NCBI GenBank assembly: GCA_964016885.1
Contig: OZ024746.1
Span: forward strand, 41,168,001 to 41,232,000
Origin: Eledone cirrhosa
Lineage: Eukaryota
Length of the DNA: 64,000 bases
Direction: 5' to 3'
In this document: piece after piece, positions 13,218 through 27,200 of the stretch
Numbering within the stretch: position 1 is the stretch's first letter
How the letters are laid out: each line of letters begins with the position of its first letter
The notes under the pieces: model-generated
Told to the model about the DNA's origin: nothing
The model's input: only the letters and a program-made list of their open reading frames with translations
Databases searched by the model: none
Made by a program: the position numbers and the translations under genes

Positions 13218-15312
13218 CGAGGCAGTGTGTCAGAGATAGTTGTGATGTCATTGGAGAGAAGTGTATCCGGAATGATAAAGGTGAGCTTGCCCTCACAAGT
13301 GCTGAGAAGAAAGATGCATGGAAGAGTCATTATGATAGATTACTAAATGAGGAGAATTCATGGGAAGAAGAGACCCTACCCAAAGTAGACCCTATAGAGG
13401 GGCCAGCAGTACAAGTCAGCAGCAGCGTAGTAAGTAAGGCAAAGATATGAAGATGGGGAAAGCAACCGGTCCATCGGGTATAGCTGCCGAGATGCTGAAG
13501 GTATCTGGGTCTGTAGGTCACACTATAACCACACGTATTGTTAACCAGGTAATACTAGAAGGTGTCATACCAAAAGATTGGTGCAGTAGCATCATTGTCA
13601 ACTGCTACAAAGGTAAAGGCGATGCACTAGATATAGGAAACTATAGAGGTATAAAGTTGATGGACCAGGTCATGAAAATAACAGAAAGAGTTATAGCACA
13701 GTTGATTAGGGACCGGGTGAAAATAGACGAGATGCAATTTGGGTTTGTACCAGGAAGAGGCACCACTGATGCCCTCTTCCTTGTGAGGCAATTACAGGAA
13801 AAGTACCACTCTACTTGGCATTTGTTGACCTTAAGAAAGCCTTTGACAGAGTTCCACGTGCTGTAATCTAGTGGGCTCTTAGAAAACTAGGAGTAGATGA
13901 ATGGCTTGTGAAAGCGGTACAAGCCATGTATAGGGGAGCAGTCAGCAAAGTTAGGATTAGCAATGAGTATAGCGAGGAATTTAGCGTACAGGTTGGGGTC
14001 CACCAGGGCTCTGTTCTTAGCCCCCTCCTGTTCATCATAGTCCTGCAGGCAATAACGGAGGAGTTTAAGACCGGATGCCCATGGGAACTCCTGTATGCTG
14101 ATGACCTCACACTTATAGCTGAATCTATGGTAGAACTAGAGAATAAATTCCAAACTTGGAAGCAGGGACTAGAAAGAAAGGGTCTCAAAGTCAACATGAC
14201 AAAGACTAAGGTCCTTGTAAGTAGACGAGAAAACAGAACCCAGATCCCCTCAGGGAAATGGCCTTGCTCAGTATGTAGGAAAGGTGTAGGTAGGAACTCC
14301 ATTCTCTGCCCCAAATGCAAACAATGGGTACACAAGAGATGTAGCGGGATCTCAGGAAGCTTAATTAAGAATGTAGGCTTCACATGCAGCAGCTGTGCTG
14401 AGACAGCAAGCAGCAAACAGCCACAGGAAACAAGTACCACCAATCTCTGGGAGGGCTCTGTAGAAACAGTAGACAGCTTCTGCTACCTAGGTGACCGAAT
14501 TAGCAGCGGAGGTGGGTGTTCAGAAAGTACAATAACTAGGGTAAGAACGGGATGGAAGAAGTTTAGGGAACTACTACCACTGCTAGCTGCAAAAGGCTTC
14601 TCCCTCAGAATGAAAGGCAGACTGTATGATGCGTGTATCCGAACAGCAATGTTGCATGGTAGTAAGACCTGGGCGCTGAAGGTGGAAGACTTACGTAGAT
14701 TAGAGAGAAACGAAGCCTGCATGCTCCGATGGATGTGTAACAGTAATATACGTGAACGACAAAGCATAAATGAATTGTGAGAGAGACTGAGCATAAGAGG
14801 AGTCAAATGCTGTGTGCAGGAGAGGCGGTTGCGCTGGTATGGACATGTGATGCGTATGAAGGATGACAGCTGCATAAAAAGGTGCAGAGCACTAGAAGTT
14901 GATGGAAACCGCGGAGTGGGGAGACCCAAGATGACCTGGGATGAGGTGATAAAAGCCGACCTTACCCAATTACACCTCTCAAAGGCAATGACACACGACC
15001 GTGACTTCTGGCGTCACGCAGTAATACAGAGTACCCGACCTCCCATGGGTACAAGCTGAAGCATATAGACAATATGCCCCCCACCCCCCACTGCAAGATG
15101 GTCGTGGAGGTGCCACGGCAAAAAAGCACCCAGCCCACACTGTAAAGTGGACGTGTAGGCACCACGGAAAAGCACCCAGCACTCACTGTAAATGAGGTTG
15201 GTGTTAGGAAGGGCATCCAGCTGACCAGACACTGCCCACAACAGGACAACCCGTCTAACCCATGCTAGCGTGGAAGAACGGACGTAAAACGGTGATGATG
15301 ATGATGATGATG
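13218..15312 (+). mobile_element. 5'-truncated RTE LINE (RT domain plus Cys-rich insert), frameshifted
   Basis: KATGPSGI, QFGFVPGRGTTDA, GVHQGSVLSPLLF, LYADD, CSVC...CPKCKQWVHKRC and RRLRWYGHVMR, then a (GAT)n tail. Confidence 0.95.
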
Positions 15313-15664
15313 ATATATATATATATATATATATATATACAGGGAGTGTAATATTCATTCTGTCATTACAGCAGCAGAGGTCCGACAAGCTTTTGATTCC
15401 AGAGTTGGACCAGATCGACACAGATCGAACCTTGAGCTGATCAATAGCGAAACGCACGTCACCAATCAATAAACGTAATGAAGGCTTAACAAATCGTCCT
15501 TGTATATATATATATATATATATATATTAATTATTTATTAAAATAACAGATTAAAGTTTAAGCAAAAAATCGCTGCTTTCACCCTTAACGGGATTCTTTG
15601 CTTAGACTTTAATCTGTTATTTTAATAAATATTTGCTCTAAGGTTCTTATATATTTGATATATA

Positions 15665-16030
15665 TATAGCGAGGATACTGGGTGTATGAATGTAACAAAA
15701 CGAGACAATGTTTGTGTATATAATATTTAATTAACGGTAGATAGAATACTTGACATGTCAAAGATAGATGTTAGAATGAAACAAAGTTAGTAGTTACCGT
15801 TTTGATTGCCAGGCAAACGCGGCTGGCAGAGGGCGCCTGGCTAAGGCCAGGCGCCTGTTGGCCAAATTAATGGCAGAGCCAAATGAGAGGCTCTTCGTCC
15901 TGGTGCCGAAAAGGCAAAGAGAGAAAGGAAGCTTAAAGTTGTTAGTTTTATAGGGCTCTGACCGGAAGTTGCAGAAAGGGTTCCACTTCCCGTCTAGATC
16001 CTAATCAAAACAAGGGAGACAACCGCTACA
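15665..16030 (-). mobile_element. Solo LTR inserted in (TA)n
   Basis: Ends TATAGCG...CGCTACA form an imperfect terminal inverted repeat. The minus strand has CTATAAAA followed by ATTAAA. It is GC-richer than its flanks. Confidence 0.6.
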
Positions 16031-16359
16031 TATATTTATCCTTATCGAGCCCTCTTTGGATTTCAGTCTTCACATTTATTATTATTACTATTATTATTAT
16101 TACTATGCAGGGTGACCGTGGCTTTTTTAATGGGCTTTCTCCACGATGGCCCTCGGAAGTCTCCCCCCTATTGGGGAATTTTTCATTGTTCTTTTTTTGT
16201 TACATCCTCTGTTTTTTTTTTTTTTTACACGCAGAAATGCCCATTTGTACCGTCCTGTATTTTCCTGTACTGTTCTTACGGGGTCGATAAAATAAAGTAC
16301 CGGTAATGCACTGGGTAATTGCTGGCCTTGTGCCTAACGTAGAAACAATTATTATTATG

Positions 16360-16556
16360 TGGTAGATTGGCAGTATCGGTAGAGGGTCGGATGCCATGCT
16401 TTGACGCATAGAGTTATGGCTCTTGCCATTCTGAGTTCAAATCCCACCGAGGTTAACTTTGCCTTTCATCCTTACGGGGTCGATAAAATAAAGTACCAGT
16501 AATGTAGTGGGTATTTGCTGGCCTTGTGCCTAAAGTAGAAACAATTATTATTATTA
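16360..16556 (+). mobile_element. MetaSINE-type SINE
   Basis: Complete A/B boxes, core and tail. Confidence 0.85.
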
Positions 16557-17630
16557 TTACTATATATATATATAAATAAATATGTGTATGTGCACATATG
16601 CATCCCAACACACATTTGTCTCATTTACATTCATTCCAGACTTAGCATGGTTTCTATGACTGGATACCATTCCTAACAGTAGCCGCTTTATCGAATGTAC
16701 AGGGTACAATTTATCATAGCACCACCTCTAAAGAGATTGTCATGTCTTTGACGTGACTGAAGTGTCCTCCTTACCATATATTGTTACTGGTTGAATGCCA
16801 GCCTCATCATGATGTGTACTGAGTCAGTTTATAGTGGCAGCAACACTAGGGATGTTGCCTTGTTACAAGCTAAACAGATTTGAGAGTAAGAATAGAAAAT
16901 TGGTAATGGATGATGGAGACAGAGGTGTATGATAATTGTGTGTGTGTGTGTGAGAGAGTTAAGGGAGGGTAAGGAAAGTAACTTTATAGTAAAGAGAGTG
17001 TAGATACCCTATAGTTGGAAGTAAATAGGAGGTTGAATACACAACTATAAGAGGAGTATAAAGAGGAGAGAACGAATGAGGAATATTAAAAGGAATGGGT
17101 CATAGGGCGTAGCAATGAGAATGATGGTGTTATGTATTAAAACTAGAGGATGATGCTCAGGGAACTGAATGTGGGAAGGCAAGGCAGACACTCACCATCT
17201 TGGCAACACTGTAAGGTGGAAAATAGGTGAAGGTTAGATAGATGATTGTAAAAGAGTGTAAGAGAATTACAGTGGTAGTCAAAATGAGATTAGTATAAAT
17301 GATGGGTCGGAAGAGCGATCAAGTATAAACAGGTCAAATGTCCCACTTTGCTACATGTTTGCAATGTACAGAAGACACTGGATAGATGAGTAGGGAAGTA
17401 GAGAGATGTTTGGTTGTAATAAATGGGGTGCTAAATTAATGTCTACACATAGTTGAGCATTCCATACACACGTGTACTCTTAACTTAATTCGCAGGGAGA
17501 TTCAGTGTGACACAGTGTGTAACAAGGCTAGCCTTTGAATTGCAGATGCAGTTCATCTGATGGCTTTCCAAACACTTTTCATCTCCCCAATTTCACTAAG
17601 AAGGTATGGGATGACCTGAGTCTATAGTAA

Positions 17631-17815
17631 ATAACTGTTTCTACTTTAGACACAAGGCCAGCAATTACCCAGTGCATTACTGGTACTTTATTTTATCGAC
17701 CCCGTAAGGATGAAAGGCAAAGTCAACCTCGGCGGGATTTGAACTCAGATCGTAAAGGGACGTAACTATGCTGGTAAGCATGGCGTCCGACCCTCTACCG
17801 ATACTGCCAATCCAC
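17631..17815 (-). mobile_element. MetaSINE-type SINE
   Basis: Same family, with CpGs largely intact. Confidence 0.85.
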
Positions 17816-18666
17816 CTTGCGACGCTGTGGGATCGAACTCGGGATCTAAAGATTGCGAAGTGAATTTCATAACCATTCTGCTATGTTGCGACTACATCAT
17901 GTACTACACCAACAGGACAGGTATATTTATTATGCTGACAACTGGTAGGAAGAATTAGCGCATAATTTACTTTCAAGTTCCTTCCCAGGAGCACAGCGTT
18001 CTAAATACCAAGGGAAACAACTCCTTGTTATTTTTTTCGTAGTACACTTTATCAAAGGATTGAATATACAGTATTTCTTTTTTGAAATTTGTAACATTTC
18101 GCCAATTAAATCGATATTTTTAAATATTAATTTCATATATCTTAAGGTTTCCTGAAATAAAATATTAAACCTCATATATATGTATATCAACCCTCTCTCA
18201 CTCTCACCACCGTGAAGCTAATAACACCATGTAACATTTACTCTTGCGTTTGTTTGTTTATTGTTATTTCGAACTATATATATATATATATAAAGAGAGA
18301 GAGAGAGGGAATAGTCAACTTTTCCCACCACTCACACGGGTAATCAAACCTATTACTACCAAATTAATAACTTTCATAAATTTTGAACTTATCAGAGTTA
18401 TAATTTAGATTGTTCTTTTTCTGAATATCCAGCATAAAAAAATTGGTTACAAAACTGAAGAGATACAAATAATTGATTAAATCTCATTGTGGCCCTTTAT
18501 GTTCTGAGTTCAAATCCCACTGAGGTTAGCTTTGCCTTTCATCCTTAAGGAGTAGATAAAATAAAGCACCAGTAATGCACTGGAGTCAATTTAATTGCCT
18601 TTCCCCTCCTCTTCAAATAGCTGGCCTTGTGACTATATCAGAAACCATTATTTGACTATATATAAG

Positions 18667-18856
18667 GGCGGTGGATTGGCAGTATCGGTAGAGGGTCGGA
18701 CACCATGCTTTGACGCATAGAGTTACGGCCCTTGCCATTCTGAGTTCAAATCCCGCCGAAGTTAACTTTGCCTTTCATCCTTACGGGGTCGATAAAATAA
18801 AGTACCAGTAATACACTGGGTATTTGCTGGCCTTGTGCCAAAAGTATAAACAATTA
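18667..18856 (+). mobile_element. Full-length MetaSINE-type SINE with TSD
   Basis: GGCGGTGGATTGGCAGTATCGGTAGAG...GAGTTCAAATCCCGCC...TCGATAAAATAAAGTACCAG. TTATTTGACTATATATA occurs on both sides. Confidence 0.9.
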
Positions 18857-19047
18857 TTTGACTATATATATTTTATAAAATAGGGTAGGGCCAGCTTATA
18901 TTTGAGTCAACATATATTCAAGTTGACTTATATTCAAGTATATATGGTATATGACAGGCTTCTGCTCAATTTCCTCACTGCCATATTTCACTCATAAGGA
19001 CTGGAGTGATAGCAGAATACACTTGTTTGGGGTACTGCACAATAAAT

Positions 19048-19264
19048 TAACCCTTTAGCATTCATATTACTCTATATTTACTATTGTATTTTCACAGTAA
19101 AGGCTTTATCTTACACATAATATCGAATCTACGAAATTTTGATGTTATTTATTTTGAAAACAATACATTAATGTAGGTATGAGCAGCCAGTAATGGCTGG
19201 TTTGAACAGAAGGAGGTGAGAGAGTTCTGGCTGGATATGGCTGGTTTAAATGCTAAAGGGTTAA
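19048..19264. mobile_element. piggyBac-type MITE; further copies near 11130, 22787, 26226, 31545, 32833, 34983 and 61435
   Basis: TTAA-CCCTTTAGCATT...AATGCTAAAGGG-TTAA, i.e. TTAA TSD and CCC-starting TIRs. Confidence 0.85.
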
Positions 19265-20799
19265 ACTTGAAGCTATGTGATTATGAGAAGACGTGGCCTA
19301 GTGGTTAGGGTGTTGGGATTACATTTAATGTCATGAGAAAGCCATTAAAATGTATGTATGTAACGAGTTGGAGATATGCAGTTGTTAATCTGCATACAGG
19401 CGGCTTAAGGCTTATCTAATGTCGTTGCCAGTTTTTGGAATAGGAACTGGCTTGGGTGGACTCTTTTGTGACTGAGCAGCCTTTCCTAAAGTGAACACTG
19501 CTAAGGAGAACACCCAAATCTTGGGAGGGGTCTAGAAAAGGTGACCCAAACATTTTCTGATCCACCATCCAGCTGGTCAACAGCCTGCGGCTGACTGCTG
19601 TTCATACTCGCAGGAGAAACAAGAAGAAAAATAATAATAATTCCCAAAATAATAGAATACCAATGAGCAAGACACTTTATTTCACATTGCTCCAGTTTAC
19701 TCAGCTGTAGAAATGAGATGATAGGGACTGGGGTCCCTATCAGTCCAGTGCAAAGTGGTTGTGGAGGTGCCACGACAAAAAAGCACCCAGCACTCACTGT
19801 AAATGAGGTTGGTGTTAGGAAGGGCATCCAGCTGTAGAAATCAAGCCAGAATCAGTTCCCGTCCCACCCTTGCAAGCAGGGAAAAAGCGGACGTAAAATG
19901 AAGATGATGATGAATGTTGCAACATGGAACAAACAAACACTTCTTGACAGGGAACCATCAACCAGAATGCAAATACAACATATCTATTTGTTATCCCTTG
20001 TTATTTCTATAGTAAAATGTTCATCATCATCACCATTTAATGTTTTTCCATGATTGCATGAGTGAGATGGTTTGTCATGTTATGAAACAATTCAGGTCAA
20101 GTGATCACATCTTGCTTATACAGACCTGTATTTTAGCTTGGTTTCTACAACTGGATGCCCTTTCTAACAACAGCAACAACCATGTTACAGTGTGGATTGG
20201 GTGCTTTTTATTGTGGTACAAAAATGACCATATAACTTTCTAAGGTATTCCATCATGTCAACAATATGACCACATTACAGGGTGGACTGGGCACTTTTGT
20301 TGTGTCACCAGCATGACCACCTTACATGGTGGACTGGGTGCTTTGTTTTTGTTGTATTACCAGCACAACCACTCTATAGGGTGGACTGGGTGCCTTTTTC
20401 TCATTTCTCTGGTCAACTTTGATTAAGAAAACATATGATTAAATAATCCTGCCATGATCATCCATCTTTTTAGAGATATCTAAAACTACATTATCTAATG
20501 TGTCCTTACAATTTTCTTTCTCAAATAAAAGTAAACAAAACTTAATTGTTGTTGTTTTCTAGTATATTTCCATTCAGTAATTGTTAGCCTGCAACTGGAT
20601 GAAACATCAGTATGCTGTTGTTGGGCTGGTTGTAAACCTACCTGTCTACAATAGCCAATTGTGGGTTAGATGGGGGTGTATCTGTGGTTGATATATCTAT
20701 CACCTATACAGGAATAACTGCGCTCAACATTATGTGACTTGAAGAGCTTATGGTATTTGTATGTGAGTGAGAAATAAATTCATAATAGAGATAGGAAAT

Positions 20800-21400
20800 T
20801 CCTGTCTATATTCATAGGTAACTTCTAAGTTTTGCAGTGGATTAAACCAGGTTACTTTCCTCTTTCTATATCAAATATTACAAACACAAACTCATCATCA
20901 CACAGCCACTACCTTATCAGCCAACTTGTAGCTAACAGCATCTATTTATCTGTCTGTCTGCTCAGGGATCTTGTATCTTGTATCTCTTGTTTTCTAGTAT
21001 ATTTCCATTCAGTAATTGTTAGCAACCATAACCTTTCCAGGTGGTATTGAAAGGAATTACACGAGTCTACTAGTGAACACTTTTAAGGGTCACTTCCTTC
21101 AATATCTCTACACACTTAAGTCAAGGTACAAGGAACATTCTATGTCCATATCATAAATCCTCTGGTAACTCAGGGATTAAATATTGGCATGCTCTCCACA
21201 ATATGGCACATCATTTATAAAGTCTACCCATAATCTAATGTCACAGAGCTGTAGACTTTGTATAACTGAAAATTTCCATGTCCTGAAACCTGTGTCAATT
21301 CTTAACTGGAAATTTGAATTATTGTTTAATTATCACCACCAGTGAAAGTTTCTTTTTGAAAATTTCCAGATGCTTGAACATTTTCAGATGTAATTCATGA
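20800..21400 (+). pseudogene. Penelope-like GIY-YIG endonuclease remnant
   Basis: Decayed motifs ...KYWHAL...SQSCRLCITENFHVLKPVSILNWKFELLFNYHH match the PLE C-terminal CxLCxxE...LNxKxE signature. Confidence 0.65.
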
Positions 21401-22817
21401 AAATTAGCTTTAGTTTATCACAACCAGTCATCACCCTTAACCTCAATAACCTTGGATTGAGTTTCTTCCCTTTAAAACATAGTGGTTCTGCAATTTGCAA
21501 TAAACTTGATCATATGATTAAATTTAACCAATGAAACCTGTCTTTATGGGATTTTATGCCATCTTTTACATTTATCCTCTATAGGATCACAAGCATATAC
21601 CACATGTGTGTATATGTGTGAAACAATGAAGTGACTCATTAACCGTCTTTCAAAAATACATGTATGTGTGTGTGAGTACATGTATGTGCATGCTTGTGTA
21701 TAGTATGGACCCGTAACTCCTGAGTGAGTCGTAGGGATGCCATATTGACATATAGTGTTTCTAGGATATTTTTTAAGCCTGGTAGAGCCCATCTCCTCTC
21801 CAGGCCTGAATACAGCAGATTTCTTCCAGAGAAGGATAGTGAGAGTGAGAGAAAGGAAGTGAGAAAGAGATATAAAGAAAGAATCGACCCCAGTACTTGA
21901 CTGGAACTTTTTTTTATCGACCATGAATGGATAAAAGCAGAGAGCCAAAATGAATACTACAAAGCATTCTATCTGACATTCTAACAACTCTCAATTGGCC
22001 ACCTATCATGTTTGTGTATATCAGTGTAAACTAGTGTATCAAGTTGCATCCCTTTATATCAAAAGGTAACTTAAGCATTTGATAAATCAAAATTAAATGA
22101 GTATTATTATTGAGGTCAATATGATCCACTAAAAATCCTTGAAGGGAAGGCAGTGTTCCAGCATGAGCATAGTCGAATGACTGAAACCAGTAAAAGAATA
22201 AATCAGAAACTATCATTATTGAAAAGATTGTAGTCTGCCAGCAGCAGTAGCAGCAACAGCTCAGATGAGTAGATTGTGATCATTGTCAGTTCAACATGTA
22301 GTTTTGAAAAGCAACGTTGTATTGACAAAGAAAACTGTAAAATGCTGTATTTAAAAGGAAGCATGACAAACTGCAACATTATACACACTTGTATGAAAGG
22401 AGAAAGATTCTTAAAGAAACAAAAGAGTGGGAGAAAGTGAAGAAAAATAACAACAACAACAAGTGTAAGATACCTCCTTGAGGGTTAAATTCATTTTTAT
22501 GTCAGATGGAAATAATAAGATAATGAAAAGGAAAAGTTGGAATGTTGAAAAATCAAGTAGATTTTTTTTTCCGAGAATAGAACACACTTCTAAATAATGA
22601 GTGAAGACATTTGTAAAGTTTGGTTATATATTAACTATTTTATATAAAAAAGAATTTTTTTATTATCAAAAAAAAAAAAAAAAAAAAGAAAACATTTGCA
22701 TGGCTGAATAGTTAAAAAATACACTTCAGAATTGTGATCCCACTATGTGGCATTTTTGGCAAGTCTATTTTATCACAACCTTGGATTAACCCTTTAACAT
22801 TTACATTAGAGGAGCGC

Positions 22818-23253
22818 GATGCTGCATGGTAGTGAGACATGGGCAGCAACTGCAGAGGATATGCGACGGCTGGAGAGAAATGAGGCAAGCATGCTCCGTT
22901 GGATGTGCAGTGTAAATGTGCGTGAATGACCCAGCATGAATGTGTTGAGAGAGAAACTGTGTCTGAGAGGGATAGAATGTAGTGTACGGGAGAGGAGACT
23001 GAGGTGGTATGGACATATGATGCGCATGGAGGATGACCGATGGGTGAAGAAGTGCCAGGAAATGCCAGTTGAAGGAAGACGTGGTAGAGGTAGACCACGA
23101 AAACATGGGCGGAGGTGGTGAGAACAGACCTCAGATCGTTGAAGCTCATGGTGGAGATGATGAAGGACTGTGACAAGTGGAAAGATGCTGTGTGAATAAG
23201 ACCCGTCCCACCCTTGCGAGCAGGACGTAAAATGATGATGATGATGATGATGA
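22818..23253 (+). mobile_element. RTE LINE 3' fragment inserted into a piggyBac-type MITE (22787-23452)
   Basis: MLHGSETW...RRLRWYGHMMRMEDDRW...GRGRPRK and a (GAT)n tail. MITE sequence resumes after the tail. Confidence 0.9.
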
Positions 23254-24064
23254 TTACTTTATATATACTATTGTATTTTTGTGGTAAAGGTTTAATCTTA
23301 CATAATTATCTCACATAATATAGAATCTATGAGATTTTGATATCATTTATTTTGAGAACAATACCTTAACATCAGTATGAGCAGCCAGTTTGAACAGAAA
23401 GAGGTGAGAGAATTCGAGCTGAATACGACCGGTTTAAATGCTAAAGGGTTAACCTAAGTCTTGTGAGTGAAACTGGTTAGACAAAAACTGTTTGGATGAC
23501 TGTTGGATAGACTGCACCTATTACTTAAAGACCAACATTTGAATTACAGGTGTAGTCACACACTGTGTCATGCCGGATTTCCATGAGAATTACATTAAAA
23601 ATGCATGTCTCTGGAATACTCAGCTACTTAAACATCAATTTAGCAAGTAGCAGTTCTGTTGCCAGGCTTTAGTGGGGCTCAGAATGCTCAATCTAAATGG
23701 GAGCTTTAATCTGTAATAATTCTAAGATGGAGTTTTGGAATAAGCATATCACTGTAAATTTTTCTAAATCTGATGGAACACCATTTAAAGGTAGGTGAGG
23801 ATAGGGTAAGGAGGAGGGGGAAGTGCCACGCAGTCCCCCCCCCCCTCACACACACATCCTCCATTTCCTTCCTTGTTGACAGGCTTAGTGGCACAGGTTG
23901 TTTCATTGGCTGGAAAAATAGAACACTCATCATTGGAAAAGACTGAGGATCATTTAAGTATAGTCAGAAGGAAATGATAGTGCTAATAACCATGATATAA
24001 AACCTCTGAAACTGGTGAGAGAAAGAGAGGAACAAACCAGAAATCTGATTCAAAGGCTTGCAAC

Positions 24065-24240
24065 AAAGTGGACTCTGCTAAAGGTACCCAAGGCCCAGCC
24101 AGTAGTGGACTCTGCTGAAGGTACCCAAGGCCCAGTGAGTGGTAGACTCTGCTAAAGGTACCCAAGGCCCAGCAATTGGTTGGCTCTGCTAAAGGCATCC
24201 AAGGCCTAACAATTGGTGGACTCTGCTAAAGGTTCCCAGG
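24065..24240. repeat. ~37-bp minisatellite, ~5 copies
   Basis: Unit is approximately GTGGACTCTGCTAAAGGTACCCAAGGCCCAGCAATTG. Confidence 0.85.
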
Positions 24241-27200
24241 GTGTTGGATTATATTTATTACCCATCAGATTATAGCTTGAATTTCAGTAAATCGTTTCAT
24301 TGGAATATGAAAACCAATGACATTACTTGAGCAATATAACTTTTAATTCAAGTAATGAGTACCATCAGAGTTGTTTTAAATTCATGGTTTGATCAACTGT
24401 TAAATTCACTCCCTTTTATTTTTACTTTACAGTATATTACTTTATTTTGTAACTTTTAAATGATATGTAAATGAAAACTTACTAAGGTAAAAGAATCTAT
24501 CCACCATATTGAACTAACACTTCTTATTATGCACTCTTTTACTCAGAGAGGAGTCAACTAACTACAGTCTTAACAGTACTCTGCAATCATTCATAATGTG
24601 AAGCCATAAATATCATTGACTTCAGACAGTTATTCTGCTTTTGTTGTCATAACTATTCTAAAGTTACTTTTACAGCATGCAGTCATGAGAATAGTAAAAA
24701 AATCTCATAATGTCTGTTATTCAAATTACAGTTTCCATTATATGCTAATGTTGTTTATGCACTATTCTCTTGAAGCAGTATAGCATTGTTGAATGTAGTG
24801 AAATAAATATATGTTATTCTTATTTACAATGGAAAATATTTGGAATTCTCAATCAGTCTTCTTTTTTTTTGTCTTCTAGCTAAATATACTTTTCGCCTTG
24901 CTTACACTCTTCAAACACTTTTCACTTCTATTATCTGATTTATTTTCAGTTTTCTTTACATTTTAATTGAAACAAACAGTATTTTATAGACTGTCAAATC
25001 AGTAAAAGATTGCTATCTCAGCAAGAAAGTTCCAATTCTGGCTACAGTCGAACTATTTGTGCTTCCCAATAGAGATAGATTAAGATTGCATGGGGTCGCT
25101 GGCTAAAAATTTCATCGGGACCCTTGTGTATTATTTAGGGTAGCAAAAAATTAAGTGTTTATTTTTATTTAGAAGGAAAGCCTTGAATACGCAATAACAG
25201 CAGCAACAAAAACAAACGTTTTAAGTCAATTTTCCTTATTAAAGTATGGGTTAACCTTCCAAGCCCCATGATAGGCCTTATACTCATCATGGAATCCTAT
25301 TTGAGGTGAAACATTTGAATATATAGATCATTAATAGAAAAAGGACATGAAAATATTATTTTCTAACAGGCCCAAGGACTCAATTTTGGCAGGTGGGGAC
25401 TAGTCAATTAAATTGACCTCAGTACGTGACTGGTACTTTATTTTATCGGCTTCAGAAGGTTGAAAAGCAAATTTGACCATGACAGGATTTGAACTTGGAA
25501 TGTAAATAACCAAAATATGCAAAATATTTGATTAAGCGTTATTAAAAAAAATCTTACAAATTCTCATTTCTAGAGGAATGTAATAAAAAAAAGAGAAGAA
25601 TAGAAAAGAAACAGAAAAAAAAACCGTTGATAGGCAATGATAATGATGATGATGATGAATTTGATTAAATGTTAAGTATTTTTGTTGGTGATAAAAAAGA
25701 TATTTATTTACATTTGACTAATTATATTCTATTATATATAATTGTTTCTACTTTTAGCACAAGGCCAGCAATTATCCCAGTGCATTATTGGCACTTTATT
25801 TTATCGACCCCGTAAGGATGAAAGGGAAAGTTAACCTCGGCAGGATTTGAACTCAGTTCATAAAGGGAGGTAACTCTATGCTTCAAAGCATGGCGTCCGA
25901 CTCTCTACCAATACACCACCCATTCTATTATATATAATATCAAAGGCTCAAACCTTGTACTATTTATTAAGGAGTGCTTTAATTTTGTTACAAAGCATTA
26001 AACTCACAATGTTTATCATCATCATTTAATGCCCGGTGGCCAAGGGGTTCTCCATCTTGTTTACATAAGGTCTTGCAACCTACTGAGTGCATTTTATCAT
26101 GACATCAGTACAAGAGAGTTTGTCATGTCTTTGACATAAATGGTGGTACTGCTGTTGCTGCTGCTACAACTATTGCTATATCCTCCTTGGCAAGCTTTCT
26201 ATGGTTGGATGCCCTTCCATCTATAACCCTTTAGCATTTACATTACTCTGTATATACTATTGTATATATAACCCTTTAGCATTTACATTACTCTATATAT
26301 ACTATTGTATTTTCGCGGCAAAGGCTTTATCTTACATAATATCGAAACTATGAGATTTTGGTATTATTTGTTTTGAGAAAAATACCTTGACATCAATATG
26401 AGTGGCTAGTTACAGCCGGTTTGAACTGAAAGAGGTGAGAGAATTCTGGCTGGATACGAATAGTTTAAATGCTAAAGAGATAATCATTAATTTTTATTGT
26501 TCCTTGACTTAGCTGTTTTCAATGGTGGCAAATTGGCAGAGAAATTAGAGCATCAAATTAAATGACTTGTGGAGTCTCTGCGCTTTATATTCTATTTACT
26601 TATATTAGGATTTATATTTTCTACAACATTTTGCTTTTGTAAATAAAATGTATTTCCTGTTACATGGAATTTTTATTTGTGCTTATGTGGACCTGAAATT
26701 TTTTTGACACCAAAAATGGACCACAAGGAAGAAAACGTTGAGAAACACTGCATTAAATGATGATGATGATGATGATGGGGGTTGTGATGGTGATGATGAT
26801 GAAGACCCTGTTTCAATCCATACAACATTATGTTTTGAATTTCATTAGCACATTGAAATATCTTTAAAAAAATAAGCCCAGGCTGCCTTTACATGTTTAT
26901 TTCATTTGCTAGATATAGTAGCCAAATTTCCTTTACTGTCTTACAAATTATGATATCTATGATTAGATTGGAATATACATGATGGGTTTCAGTATAGTTA
27001 CTGTCCACTAAATTCAGCTTATGAGGTATTGGTCAAACTAAAGCTATAATAGAAGACACTTACCTAAGGTGACACACTGAGGGATTGAACCTGGAATTAT
27101 ATGGTTAAGAAGTAAGCTTCTTAACCACACAGCCATACATATGTCTATCATCAACACTGCTAACAACAACTTATCAAGCCAATGAGGGAGCCTCAATTTG

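Noticed and set aside
18667-18760. Possible tRNA genes at SINE heads
   Set aside because: A/B boxes are present, but there is no cloverleaf and they continue into SINE core and tail with TSDs.
20552-21023. 37-bp direct repeat at 20552-20588 and 20987-21023
   Set aside because: It is real but explained as a local duplication in a decayed Penelope-like remnant, with no further structure.
24065-24240. CRISPR-like 37-bp periodicity
   Set aside because: There are no unique spacers and no cas genes, and the context is eukaryotic; it is a plain minisatellite.
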